Assembly (NCBI GenBank): GCA_004297235.1
Contig: SCUR01000033.1
Span: 1 to 46,082 of the forward strand
Direction of reading: 5' to 3'
Length of the DNA: 46,082 nt
Source of the DNA: Candidatus Manganitrophaceae bacterium
GTDB taxonomy: Bacteria > Nitrospirota > Nitrospiria > SBBL01 > Manganitrophaceae
Shown here one piece after another: positions 1-9,297 of the stretch. The position numbers and the translations under genes were made by a program. Under the pieces are notes generated by a model. The model saw only the letters and a program-made list of their open reading frames with translations, searched no databases and had not been told where the DNA came from. The stretch's first letter is position 1. Each line of letters begins with the position of its first letter.

Positions 1-21
1 TGCTTGCCCGCTCGAATCAAC

Positions 22-43
22 ACCCCCAAAAGGGGGCTGGACA
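22..43 (+). promoter_or_regulatory. 7-2-7 palindromic box plus -35-like hexamer
   Basis: ACCCCCA-AA-AGGGGGC (22-37) followed by TGGACA; no convincing -10 at 17-18 bp. Confidence 0.5.
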
Positions 44-174
44 GCCCGGCTTGGATCATGGTTGTATCGAATGTAAGGTGTCGTCTTAAGTGAAAACCGA
101 GCAGCCAGCGATCAGCTAAGTCTTTTAATCATTCGCTAAAAGCTGACCGCTTATTTTTCTTAATGGAGGAGAGA

Positions 175-414
175 ATGGCCCTTCCCAAACAGTTAGAAGC
201 GGCGGCCGCGCGCCTCGAAGAGGCAACCTGGCGGATCGACCAAGCGCGAAACAAGCCTTTGTCGCTGGAGAGCCTTCACGAATGGCTGAACGCGCTGACC
301 GATTTTTCGCTGGCCCAATCGGAGATCCATCAGCTCAACAACGAATCGATCCATGAGAAGCTTCATGAGCTGGCCGGACAGGTGCATCTTAAATTCAGAT
401 CGACCGGAACGTAA
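175..414 (+). CDS. small helical hypothetical protein
   Basis: GGAGGAG RBS before ATG 175 (alternative start 163); amphipathic helical sequence. Confidence 0.65.
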   Translation: MALPKQLEAAAARLEEATWRIDQARNKPLSLESLHEWLNALTDFSLAQSEIHQLNNESIHEKLHELAGQVHLKFRSTGT

Positions 415-444
415 AGGAGTCGGTCGTCTTCGTATCGGGCTGTG

Positions 445-1269
445 ATGAACGATGCCGAATGCGTCGCGTTCCTGCAGGCGAATTTGCCGCGGCTGCATCT
501 GCGGTGGCCCGGTTTTCGGAAGATCCGCCGGATCGTCTGCAAGCGGATCGACCGCCGCTTAAAGGAGCTCGGCCTCTCCGGCATCGTTCCGTACCGCGCT
601 TATCTGGAAAGCCATCCGGCCGAATGGAAGGTGGTCGATGCCTTCTGCCGGATTCCGATCTCTCGTTTCTATCGAGACAGGGGGGTGTTTCAATTCCTGG
701 AGCAGGAGGCCTTGTCCCGATTGGCCGAGCGGGCGATCGCGGACGGCGAAGCGGCCTTGCGCTGCTGGAGCGTGGGGTGCGCCTCTGGAGAGGAGCCATA
801 CACCTTGGCGATTCTCTGGAAACATGCGTTCGCCTTTCGATTCCCGTTGCTGGCGATTCGGATTCTGGCCACCGATGCAGAACCGGAGATGGTCGTGCGG
901 GCCGAGCGCGGCTGCTACCTGGCGAGCAGCCTCAAGGAGCTTCCCGAAGCGTGGCGAAGTGAGGCATTTGTTCCTTTCGGCGAGGAGTTCTGTATCAAGC
1001 CGGCCTATCGGAAGGGGCTGACCTTTCTGCTGCAGGACATTCGGGAGGCCGCGCCGGAGGGGCCGTTTCATCTGATCCTCTGCCGGAATCTTCTCTTCAC
1101 CTATTTCGATGAGACGCTCCAGCGGAAACTTCTCAATACGATCCTCGATCGGCTGGTTCCGGGGGGCGCCTTCGTGATCGGTCGCACGGAGAATCTCCCG
1201 GAAGGGGACTTTGGATTGGAGGCATGGTCGAAGCGGGCGGGGGTTTATCGGAAGGTTTTTGAACGGTAG
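445..1269 (+). CDS. cheR: CheR-type SAM-dependent methyltransferase (orphan)
   Basis: ISRFYRD, WSVGCASGEEPYTLAI, ILATD and ILCRNLLFTYFD motifs of the CheR family. Confidence 0.85.
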   Translation: MNDAECVAFLQANLPRLHLRWPGFRKIRRIVCKRIDRRLKELGLSGIVPYRAYLESHPAEWKVVDAFCRIPISRFYRDRGVFQFLEQEALSRLAERAIADGEAALRCWSVGCASGEEPYTLAILWKHAFAFRFPLLAIRILATDAEPEMVVRAERGCYLASSLKELPEAWRSEAFVPFGEEFCIKPAYRKGLTFLLQDIREAAPEGPFHLILCRNLLFTYFDETLQRKLLNTILDRLVPGGAFVIGRTENLPEGDFGLEAWSKRAGVYRKVFER

Positions 1270-1319
1270 CGATTCATGACGAAGCGCCGCGTCATCATTG
1301 AACCGGGCATGGAGGGAAA

Positions 1320-1814
1320 ATGGGTAAAGAAGGAAAAAAGGATAGGGCGTGCCAATTGATCGCGTTGATGTTCACAACGCTGCTCTTGATGACGGTCGCG
1401 ATCGCCCCGGCTCTACAGGCCGAAGCGCCGAATGCAGCGGTTGATCCGGGCCGGCCGGCCGATTCCCGCGTCCCGCTTAACCTTCCGCCCGCCGTACGGG
1501 AGGTGATGGATCAGACGATGCGGGAGCATCTGGAGGCGCTTCAAAAGATCCTCGCGGCGATGGCCGGAGGAAAATACGACGAGGCCGCCTCTTTGGCGCA
1601 CGAGGAATTGGGGTTTCCGAAGCACCACCAGGTCATGCAGCGGGAGCAGGGGGCCGTCTTCCCGAAGCGATATCAGGAGATGGCGATGGATCATCACCGG
1701 AAGGCGGAGGATCTCGCGAAAGCGCTCTCTTCCAAAGAGATGAACAAGATCCTCCCCGCCCTCGATCAGACGATTATCGGCTGCGTGAACTGCCATCGCG
1801 TCTTTAAACAGTAA
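1320..1814 (+). CDS. periplasmic monoheme cytochrome c, class II (c-prime-like)
   Basis: signal peptide ending ALQA; helical; C-terminal CVNCH heme motif. Confidence 0.75.
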   Translation: MGKEGKKDRACQLIALMFTTLLLMTVAIAPALQAEAPNAAVDPGRPADSRVPLNLPPAVREVMDQTMREHLEALQKILAAMAGGKYDEAASLAHEELGFPKHHQVMQREQGAVFPKRYQEMAMDHHRKAEDLAKALSSKEMNKILPALDQTIIGCVNCHRVFKQ

Positions 1815-1870
1815 GTAGCCTCCGACACCGGATCAATTGGGGATCTCTACAAATCAAAGCTGTCGGAACC

Positions 1871-2311
1871 TCAGCGCTTCTCCCCCAGCCAGCCGGAGCC
1901 GGCCTCCGGCCGGCAATCGAAATGGAGGAGGTACGGCTTGATATCGAGCACCGGCGTTCCGTCCAAAACATCGACGCCGCGCACGAAAAGGGTCGATCCC
2001 TCCCGGCGAAGCAGCTCCACCGTGAGGAGGCCGATGGCGTTGGGGCGATGGGGGGAGCGGGTCGCGAACACCCCCCGCTTCTGTTCCTGTCCAGGTGGAA
2101 TGACTTGCAGCGGCTTGGCGGTGCTTTTGTGAAAGGCGAAAATGACGATCAGATGGGTGAAACGCTCGATATCGAGAAGGCCCTCTTCGTAGGCCGGATC
2201 GATCCGAATGCTTCCCTCCGCGGTCGGCGCCTCCCCCAGGTTCTTGGGGATCGCCTCCACGCTTTGATAGGGTGTCCGAAATTCTCCGATCGGTGAAAAA
2301 GTGAAAGTCAT
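1871..2311 (-). CDS. trmO: TrmO/TsaA (YaeB) tRNA m6t6A37 methyltransferase domain
   Basis: PIG, GVFATRSPHRPNAIGL and DGTPVLDIKPY motifs; GAGGAG RBS before ATG 2311. Confidence 0.9.
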   Translation of the reverse strand: MTFTFSPIGEFRTPYQSVEAIPKNLGEAPTAEGSIRIDPAYEEGLLDIERFTHLIVIFAFHKSTAKPLQVIPPGQEQKRGVFATRSPHRPNAIGLLTVELLRREGSTLFVRGVDVLDGTPVLDIKPYLLHFDCRPEAGSGWLGEKR

Positions 2312-2397
2312 CGGATGCTCCTCATCACTTCCGAAATGACTCTTCATGGTTTCTGTCCATCGTTTGCACCTCTTGTTTGTTTTCAATAAAACGGGAT

Positions 2398-2544
2398 TCA
2401 TCTAAACGCGCCCGACACGGTCTGCCTCGATGCAACCAGGAGAAACGCAGCCACACCCACCAGGATGATGGTCGCTCCGGAGGGAAGATCGAGAAGATAC
2501 GAGAGGAGCAGTCCCGACACGATGAAGATCTCCCCCGCGATCAC
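2398..2544 (-). pseudogene. C-terminal remnant of a ZnuB/ABC-3 metal permease
   Basis: manual translation VIAGEIFIVSGLLLSYLLDLPSGATIILVGVAAFLLVASR; in-frame stop upstream at 2578-2580; not in ORF track. Confidence 0.55.
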
Positions 2545-2569
2545 ACGAGTTTGGCTGAGCCTTTCGTTC

Positions 2570-2614
2570 AGTCTCTCTTAAGCGCAAAGTGAAAACAATG
2601 CCCCGAAAGGGGGA
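2570..2614 (-). promoter_or_regulatory. box-dependent promoter toward trmO
   Basis: minus strand TCCCCCT-TT-CGGGGCA, TTGTTT, 17 bp, GAGACT. Confidence 0.55.
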
Positions 2615-2667
2615 CTCCCGCCGATTGAGAATGCACGCCGGCCGCGCCCCTCACCCATTGACTGTAA

Positions 2668-2713
2668 ACACTCCTTCGGGGCATTGATCGCTTTTTTAGG
2701 ATTCATTCAGAAT
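2668..2713 (+). promoter_or_regulatory. box-dependent promoter (degenerate left arm)
   Basis: ACACTCC-TT-CGGGGCA, TTGATC, 18 bp, CAGAAT. Confidence 0.5.
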
Positions 2714-2791
2714 AAAGAATGTCCCACTGGAACGATGGAGTACGAGCACGATCTGAAGAAGTGTTCGTCTCAACCATAGATGGAGGAGAAA

Positions 2792-3247
2792 ATGAAAAGG
2801 ATCAAAATAGTCTTGGTTGCGATCTCTGTGATCACCCTTTTTCTGTCCGCTGAATCTTTTGCGAAGAAAGGGATGTCGAAAGGAAGCGGCGGATGGGGAC
2901 CCGGCACAAATTACAGCAAGATGTATGACCCGGCCACTGTCGAAACGATCCGTGGAGAGGTGGTCGGCGTGGAGAAGATCACCCCGATGAAAGGGATGTC
3001 TTACGGCGTCCATTTGATGGTGAAAACGGACAAGGAGACGATCCCCGTCCACCTGGGACCGGGATGGTTCATCGAGAACCAGGACATAGATATTAAGCCA
3101 AAGGATCAGGTGGAGGTGAAAGGCTCAAGAATCACCTTTGACGGAAAACCGGCCCTCATCGCCCGGGAGGTGAAGAAGGGAGAGGAGACGCTGACCCTCC
3201 GAAACGAGGAGGGCTTCCCTGTTTGGAGCGGCGCGAGGCGCCGCTAG
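2792..3247 (+). CDS. secreted OB-fold protein (MamS/MamX-like domain)
   Basis: signal peptide; YDPATVETIRGEV, VHLGPGWF, VEVKGSRI and LRNEEGFPVWSG motifs. Confidence 0.75.
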   Translation: MKRIKIVLVAISVITLFLSAESFAKKGMSKGSGGWGPGTNYSKMYDPATVETIRGEVVGVEKITPMKGMSYGVHLMVKTDKETIPVHLGPGWFIENQDIDIKPKDQVEVKGSRITFDGKPALIAREVKKGEETLTLRNEEGFPVWSGARRR

Positions 3248-3474
3248 ACGGTAGACTTTCTGACCCAAACCGGCCTTTTGCAGGTGTTGAGACCGATCAG
3301 TTTGTTGAGCGGGCAGAAACCTGTCAAGGCGGTGATGAATGCAATCGCAGCCAGCGCGAAGAGAATCCCCTTGGCGATGGCCGATCCGACGAAAAAGAGT
3401 CCCAGGGCGGCGAAAATCACCCCGAGAACGATCCGAACGGATCTGTCCGCGCCGCATACATTTCGTTCATACAT
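3244..3474 (-). CDS. DUF2892/YgaP-like membrane protein
   Basis: NVCGADRSVRIVLG, two TM helices, GFCPLNKLIGLNTC. Confidence 0.85.
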   Translation of the reverse strand: MYERNVCGADRSVRIVLGVIFAALGLFFVGSAIAKGILFALAAIAFITALTGFCPLNKLIGLNTCKRPVWVRKSTV

Positions 3475-3600
3475 GTTCGTTCCCTCCGTTTTGGTCATCA
3501 TTTCATTATAGGTAATGGAGCTCGGCACGATCAATGGCGACTCACAGGTTCATTCCCGGCCCTCAAGTTTATCTTCGGAGAAATGAATCGATCGCCGCAA

Positions 3601-3646
3601 TCCCTCGTTTGGGGGATTGTCTGATCTATTTCAACTGCTGCATGAT
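3601..3646 (+). promoter_or_regulatory. box-dependent promoter of archease-rtcB (possibly bidirectional)
   Basis: TCCCTCG-TT-TGGGGGA, TTGTCT, 18 bp, CATGAT; flanks extend the palindrome (CAAT..ATTG). Confidence 0.65.
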
Positions 3647-3714
3647 GAAGCAAGGACTTCAAATATAGCTGTCCAATCCCTTTAACGATGAGGTCCCGCG
3701 CGAGGTCATGCAGG

Positions 3715-4134
3715 ATGGAGGCACATTGGGAGCACTTTCCCCACGAGGCCGATATGGGGGTGCGGGGCGTAGGCGCAACGAAAGAGGAAGCCTTTGAGCA
3801 GTCGGCCGTTGCATTAACCGCGATCATCACCGATCCGCAATCGGTGAAATCGGAAATGTCGGTGGAGATTTCCTGCGAAGCTCCTGATGATGAGCTTTGT
3901 CTGGTTGATTGGCTCAATGCGCTGGTCTATGAAATGGCCACTCGAAAGATGCTCTTTGGACGATTCAAGGTCACACTCAACGGTTCTCGTCTGCATGGAA
4001 CCGCCTGGGGCGAGAAGATCGATGCGGCACGCCACCAACCGGCCGTGGAGGTCAAAGGGGCCACCTACACGGCCCTTCGGGTTCAGCGGGATCAGAAGGG
4101 TCTCTGGATCGCTCAGTGTGTGGTCGATGTTTGA
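3715..4134 (+). CDS. archease
   Basis: WEHFPHEADMGVRG, LVDWLNALVY and VEVKGATY motifs, C-terminal VVDV. Confidence 0.92.
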   Translation: MEAHWEHFPHEADMGVRGVGATKEEAFEQSAVALTAIITDPQSVKSEMSVEISCEAPDDELCLVDWLNALVYEMATRKMLFGRFKVTLNGSRLHGTAWGEKIDAARHQPAVEVKGATYTALRVQRDQKGLWIAQCVVDV

Positions 4135-4155
4135 TCTCTGAATCTGAGGACTCTG

Positions 4156-5586
4156 ATGGATCTGACACAGCTCACGCGGAAATCGGAATGGGAGTGGTGG
4201 ATCGCGCCGTTCGGAAAGATGCGCGTCCCCGGAATCATCTACGCCAGCGAGGCGTTGATCCGGGAGATGGACATGAAGGTCTACGAGCAGGTCGTCAACG
4301 TCGCCACGTTGCCGGGAATCGTCCAGGCCTCTTACGCCATGCCCGATGCCCATTGGGGCTACGGTTTTCCGATCGGCGGGGTCGCCGCCTTCGATCCGGA
4401 CGAAGGGGGGGTGATCTCGGCAGGGGGAGTCGGGTTCGACATCTCCTGCGGTGTTCGCTGCCTTCAGACCGGCCTGACCTTGAAAGAGATCGAGCCGTTC
4501 AAAGAACGGCTGGCCGACCGTCTCTTTCACAAAATCCCGGCGGGGGTGGGGAGCCATGGCCGCCTTCATCTGAGCATGAAAGAAATGGATGAGATGCTCG
4601 CCGGCGGGGCCCAATGGGCGGTGGCGCAGGGGTACGGCACCCTTCAAGATCTCGATCGGATCGAGGAGAAAGGATGTATGAGGGAGGCGAGGCCCGATCA
4701 GGTCTCCGAGCAGGCGAAGAAGCGCCAGCAGGACGAGGTCGGAACCCTCGGCTCCGGAAACCACTACCTGGAGATCCAGCGGGTGGTGGCGGTTTACGCC
4801 CCCGAGATCGCCTCGGCTTATGGCGTGCGCGAAGGGGAGATGGTGATCAGTATCCATTGCGGCTCGCGCGGACTGGGGCATCAGATCGGGACCGAATTCT
4901 TGAGGACGATGGCGGTCGCCGCCGCGCAGCATGGGATTGAACTTCCCGATCGGGAGCTCGCCTGCGCGCCGATTCGATCGGACGTCGGCCGGGATTACCT
5001 CGGCGCGATGCGCGCGGCGATCAACTGCGCCCTCGCCAATCGTCAGGTGCTCACCCATCTGGTCAGACAGGTTTTCTCCGAAATCTTCCCGGCGGCGGCG
5101 CTTCCGCTCCTCTACGACGTTTCGCACAACACCTGCAAGGTGGAAGAACATCTCGTCGGGCGCGAGAAGAAGCCGCTCTATGTCCACCGCAAGGGGGCGA
5201 CGCGCGCCTTCGGGCCGGGCCATCCCGATCTTCCCGAACCGCTGCGGGCGGTGGGCCAGCCGGTTCTGATCGGCGGCACCATGGGGACCGCCTCGTATAT
5301 CCTGGCGGGGACCGAAGAGAGCATGGCCCGCTCCTTCGGATCGGCCTGTCATGGCGCGGGCCGGAGCATGAGCCGGCATCAGGCGACCCGCGAGTGGCGG
5401 GGGCGGGAGGTGATCGATCAACTCGCGGAACGGGGGATTCTGATCCGAAGCGTTTCGTATCGCGGAGTCGCGGAGGAAGCGCCGGGAGCCTACAAAGATG
5501 TGGCGGCGGTCGCCGAAGCTGCCGATCAGGCGGGGCTGGCACGGAAGGTGGCGCGATTGGAGCCGTTGGTCTGCGTCAAAGGCTAG
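4156..5586 (+). CDS. rtcB: RtcB RNA ligase (archaeal/eukaryotic-like length)
   Basis: MPDAHWGYGFPIGGV, GFDISCG, GTLGSGNHYLE, HCGSRG, HRKGAT, HGAGR and EEAPGAYKD motifs. Confidence 0.97.
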   Translation: MDLTQLTRKSEWEWWIAPFGKMRVPGIIYASEALIREMDMKVYEQVVNVATLPGIVQASYAMPDAHWGYGFPIGGVAAFDPDEGGVISAGGVGFDISCGVRCLQTGLTLKEIEPFKERLADRLFHKIPAGVGSHGRLHLSMKEMDEMLAGGAQWAVAQGYGTLQDLDRIEEKGCMREARPDQVSEQAKKRQQDEVGTLGSGNHYLEIQRVVAVYAPEIASAYGVREGEMVISIHCGSRGLGHQIGTEFLRTMAVAAAQHGIELPDRELACAPIRSDVGRDYLGAMRAAINCALANRQVLTHLVRQVFSEIFPAAALPLLYDVSHNTCKVEEHLVGREKKPLYVHRKGATRAFGPGHPDLPEPLRAVGQPVLIGGTMGTASYILAGTEESMARSFGSACHGAGRSMSRHQATREWRGREVIDQLAERGILIRSVSYRGVAEEAPGAYKDVAAVAEAADQAGLARKVARLEPLVCVKG

Positions 5587-5654
5587 ATCGTCTGTGGTTT
5601 CACGTTTGTTGCTGGACCGATGGACTTAAAGCTGAACCGGTCGCTCCGGTAAAA

Positions 5655-5699
5655 CCCTCCTTTCGGGGGGTTGTGCTTCCCTTTTTGATTCCTGAAAAT
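5655..5699 (+). promoter_or_regulatory. box-dependent promoter of the FmdB gene
   Basis: CCCTCCT-TT-CGGGGGG, TTGTGC, 17 bp, GAAAAT; could also fold as a hairpin after rtcB. Confidence 0.6.
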
Positions 5700-5771
5700 T
5701 AAAACAAGGCCGGCTATTTTTGGGCAAAAGTGGCGATCGATCAGAATCGCCTCTTCTCAGAGGAGGGGAAG

Positions 5772-5936
5772 ATGCCGCTCTACGAATATGAGTGCCAGAA
5801 CTGCAAAAAAGTATTCACCGAGGTGTTAACGTTGAAGGAGCATGAAAAGGGGGAGATTGCCTGCCCCAGCTGCGGTTCCAAGGAGGTGAGGCAGCTGATC
5901 AGTTCATTTATCGCCCATACGGCGAGTAAAACCTGA
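5772..5936 (+). CDS. FmdB-family zinc ribbon protein
   Basis: MPLYEYECQNC..CPSCGS..RQLISSF; AGGAGG RBS. Confidence 0.9.
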   Translation: MPLYEYECQNCKKVFTEVLTLKEHEKGEIACPSCGSKEVRQLISSFIAHTASKT

Positions 5937-6078
5937 TCCATTCCTTAAAGTATTCAGATTCTTTGACAGGGAAAGATGCTGAATGAAATTTTCCGAGCAG
6001 GATATTGGTCACACGCAAGATCAATGGAACGGACAGAGCAAGGTAAATGGATCTTTATTAAAAACAGGAGGGAAGACG

Positions 6079-6519
6079 ATGAAGTGTAAAGATGTGATGA
6101 CAAAAAATCCAAAAAGTGCTTCAAGCTCCGCCAGCGCACAACAGGCGGCACAGCTGATGAAACAGGAGAACATCGGCATCCTGCCGGTGATCGATGAGAA
6201 GACACAGAAATTGGCCGGGGTGGTAACCGATCGTGATCTCTGCCTGGGGGTCATCGCCAGTGGGAAAAACCCCAGTGAAGCGAAGCTCTCCGAGTTCATG
6301 AGCAAAAATCCTTTTACTTGCAATCCGGAAGATGATCTTCAAAAGGCGGAACAGTACATGAAGCAGCATCACGTCGGCCGGATTCCGGTGGTCGATCAAA
6401 ATGGCACCTGTATCGGAATCATCTCTCAGGCCGATATTGCCATCAAGGGAGCACAGCCCCAAGCGTTTTATGAAACTTTCCGGGAGGTCGCCAAGCGATC
6501 GACTCGGGCCGCTGCATAG
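6079..6519 (+). CDS. CBS-pair protein (Hrp1/YhcV-like)
   Basis: DVMT, GILPVID, GVVTDRDL, RIPVVD and GIISQADI motifs; AGGAGG RBS. Confidence 0.92.
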   Translation: MKCKDVMTKNPKSASSSASAQQAAQLMKQENIGILPVIDEKTQKLAGVVTDRDLCLGVIASGKNPSEAKLSEFMSKNPFTCNPEDDLQKAEQYMKQHHVGRIPVVDQNGTCIGIISQADIAIKGAQPQAFYETFREVAKRSTRAAA

Positions 6520-6565
6520 AGGCGCTCCGGAGGATTGTTTGAAGGGTGGATCTCGTGACGAAATT

Positions 6566-6610
6566 GCGGCGGGGATGAGATCGCTCTTGTCCCCGCCGCT
6601 CCTGTTTTCA
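6566..6610 (+). terminator. probable intrinsic terminator
   Basis: GCGGCGGGGA/TCCCCGCCGC stem extended by G-U pairs, then TCCTGTTTTC. Confidence 0.55.
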
Positions 6611-6619
6611 AAAGAGAGG

Positions 6620-6664
6620 TACCTCTTTCGGGGGGTTGTCCCTTCTCCGAAATAGAGTGACAAT
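6620..6664 (+). promoter_or_regulatory. box-dependent promoter of the ftsH operon
   Basis: TACCTCT-TT-CGGGGGG (left arm fits TACYYMT), TTGTCC, 17 bp, GACAAT. Confidence 0.7.
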
Positions 6665-6729
6665 GAAAACAGAAGCCCGAAGAACGAAGAGAGCTATTTC
6701 GGTCTTCTGAGCAAAGGGTGGTAAAACCG

Positions 6730-8598
6730 ATGGAAAAGAAGCAGCAGACATTTTCGGTTTGGTACCTTCTGATCGCCCTGCTGACCCTCTTCATGATTCA
6801 GATTGTTCTTCTGACGCCCGATTCTGAGACCCTTTCCTATCGCGATTTTAAGACGCTTCTCAAGGCAGGAAAAGTTTCCGAACTGACCGTCGGAACGCGC
6901 ACCATTTCCGGGCGGCTGAAAACAGGAGAGCTGGAGGGTCTTCTTCCGAAGGAGAAAATCGAGAGACTGAAGCGACTCAATGGAGAAGGGGCGCGGTTCA
7001 CCACGGTCCGAGTGGAGGACCCTTCGCTGATCGAAGACCTTGAGACGGCCAAGGTGGACTACTCTGGAAAGGTCGAGGAGACCTGGGTTGGGACCCTTCT
7101 TGCCTGGATTCTTCCGGCCCTGATCTTCTTCGGGCTCTGGATCTTCTTCGTTCGACGAATGAGCGCGACCAGCGGCCTCATGCAGATTGGAAAGAGCCAA
7201 GCGAAGGTCTATATGGAGAAGGAGACCAAGGTGACCTTCGACGACATCGCCGGGATCGATGAGGCGAAAGCGGAGTTAATGGAAGTGGTCGAATTTCTCA
7301 AGAGCCCGGAGAAGTATCGCCGGTTGGGAGGGAAGATCCCGAAGGGGGTGCTGATCGTCGGCGCCCCCGGCACCGGCAAGACGCTGCTGGCCAAAGCGGT
7401 CGCCGGCGAGGCGAAGGTTCCCTTTTTTACCATCAGCGGCTCCGAGTTCGTGGAGATGTTCGTGGGAGTGGGCGCCGCGCGGGTGCGCGATCTTTTCGCC
7501 CAGGCGCAGGAGAAGGCCCCCTGCATCATCTTCATCGACGAGCTCGACGCCTTGGGCAAAGCGCGCGGAATCAACCCGATGATCAGCCATGAAGAGCGGG
7601 AGCAGACCCTCAATCAGCTTCTGACCGAAATGGACGGATTTGACACGGCGAAAGGGGTGATCATCATGGCGGCGACGAACCGGCCGGAGATTTTGGACCC
7701 GGCGCTGCTGCGTCCCGGGCGGTTTGATCGGCACGTCGCGCTCGACCGGCCCGATCTCAACGGACGGGAGAAGATCCTCAAAGTGCATGTGAAGCAGATC
7801 ACGCTGGCGCCGCAGGTCGATCTGCGCGCGATTGCCGCCAAGGTGCCCGGATTTGTCGGGGCCGATCTGGCGAACCTGGTCAATGAGGCGGCGCTTCTGG
7901 CGGCGCGGAAAGGGAAAGAGGCGGTGGAGGCGGCCGACTTTGACGAAGCGATCGATCGGATCGTCGCCGGGCTGGAGAAGAAGAACCGCGTGATGAATCC
8001 GAAGGAAAAGGAGACGGTCGCCTATCACGAATCGGGCCATGCCCTGATCGCGGAATATCGCCCTCATGTCGATCGGGTCTCTAAGATTTCGATCATCCCC
8101 CGCGGGATCGCCGCCCTGGGTTATACCCAGCAGCAGCCGACCGAGGATCGCTACCTGCTCAAGAAGGCCGAACTGCTCGACCGGCTCGACGTGCTCCTCG
8201 GAGGCCGGGTGGCGGAGGAAATTATCTTTGCGGATGTCTCCACCGGGGCGCAGGATGATCTGCAGCGGGCGACCGATCTGGCCCGTCACATGGTCACCCA
8301 GTTCGGGATGAGCGAACGGCTCGGGTTGGCGACGCACGGGGAGGAACCCTCCCCCTTCCTTCGCGTCCCCACCCTGCCGGGACCGAGGGAGTACAGCGAG
8401 CGGACCGCCCAGGCGATCGACGAAGAGATCGAAAACTTGTTGCAAGAAGCCCATCACCGGGTGAAGGAGACGCTGACCACGCGTCGGGGGATGCTGGAGA
8501 GGCTGGCCAAACTTCTCCTTGAAAGGGAGGTGGTCGACCGACCGATGCTCGACCGGCTGCTGGTCGAAGCGCCGTTGAAGAACGGGATGGCCGCATGA
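6730..8598 (+). CDS. ftsH: FtsH ATP-dependent zinc metalloprotease (accessory paralog)
   Basis: two TM helices, [41 protein letters not shown]. Confidence 0.97.
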   Translation: MEKKQQTFSVWYLLIALLTLFMIQIVLLTPDSETLSYRDFKTLLKAGKVSELTVGTRTISGRLKTGELEGLLPKEKIERLKRLNGEGARFTTVRVEDPSLIEDLETAKVDYSGKVEETWVGTLLAWILPALIFFGLWIFFVRRMSATSGLMQIGKSQAKVYMEKETKVTFDDIAGIDEAKAELMEVVEFLKSPEKYRRLGGKIPKGVLIVGAPGTGKTLLAKAVAGEAKVPFFTISGSEFVEMFVGVGAARVRDLFAQAQEKAPCIIFIDELDALGKARGINPMISHEEREQTLNQLLTEMDGFDTAKGVIIMAATNRPEILDPALLRPGRFDRHVALDRPDLNGREKILKVHVKQITLAPQVDLRAIAAKVPGFVGADLANLVNEAALLAARKGKEAVEAADFDEAIDRIVAGLEKKNRVMNPKEKETVAYHESGHALIAEYRPHVDRVSKISIIPRGIAALGYTQQQPTEDRYLLKKAELLDRLDVLLGGRVAEEIIFADVSTGAQDDLQRATDLARHMVTQFGMSERLGLATHGEEPSPFLRVPTLPGPREYSERTAQAIDEEIENLLQEAHHRVKETLTTRRGMLERLAKLLLEREVVDRPMLDRLLVEAPLKNGMAA

Positions 8599-8772
8599 TG
8601 CGGAAGAGTATCGAAAAAGGCGGATCAAGGGGCCATGGAACAGGAGCCGAGAGGAAGAAAGGAGGAGCGATGCGTACCGAGCATTTCTATCCGATATCGA
8701 AACTGATCGATTGGTGGAGGAGAAAGCCGACCCGGAAAAAGAGCGCAACCTCGTCTACTGCCCCGTGAGCGA

Positions 8773-9246
8773 ATGACGGCGCTCTTCGACAAAGAAAAAA
8801 TCCCGTATCGGGTGGTTCCCCACCCAACGACATACAGCGCTCTGCGGTTGGCTGAATCGATCCATGTTCCGGGGCGGGAGGTCGCCAAAGTGGTCGTTGT
8901 CCGCGCAAAGGAGGAGTTTGAAATGGTCGTGCTTCCGGCGAGCCGCGATCTCGATCTGGCCCGATTTTCCCACGCGATCGGGGCGGAGGCGGTCTCTTTG
9001 CTGGAAGAGCGGGAGTTGAAAGAAATTTTTCCGGACTGTGAAGCGGGGGCGATGCCTCCTCTCGGAAATCTTTATGAACTCCCGGTCTATGTCGATCAAG
9101 CGCTGGCCGAGGAGCCGGTCCTCTTCTTTCCGGCCGGTAACCATCATGAGGTGATCGAGATGCGCTATGACGATTTCGACCGGATCGTCCGTCCGATGGT
9201 GGGTCACTTTGCATTAGCGCCGCTCAAGCGGGTGAGCGGCGCCTAG
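8773..9246 (+). CDS. YbaK/EbsC aminoacyl-tRNA deacylase family
   Basis: EVAKVVVV, FPDCEAGAMPPLG and AGNH motifs; true start uncertain. Confidence 0.88.
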   Translation: MTALFDKEKIPYRVVPHPTTYSALRLAESIHVPGREVAKVVVVRAKEEFEMVVLPASRDLDLARFSHAIGAEAVSLLEERELKEIFPDCEAGAMPPLGNLYELPVYVDQALAEEPVLFFPAGNHHEVIEMRYDDFDRIVRPMVGHFALAPLKRVSGA

Positions 9247-9297
9247 AAAACGATAACCAGATTCCTGAAATCGATTGGTCTGAGGAGGGAGGGTCCA

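Noticed and set aside
2792-3247. Magnetosome gene interpretation of the MamS/MamX-like protein
   Set aside because: The domain is widespread in non-magnetotactic bacteria, and no mam genes or magnetochrome motifs are present
3814-8748. Long antisense ORFs (3814-5421 and 7276-8748; similarly 14086-15483, 17526-18941, 20670-21830 and 37509-38843)
   Set aside because: Shadows of well-supported genes in GC-rich DNA, with no motifs or RBS
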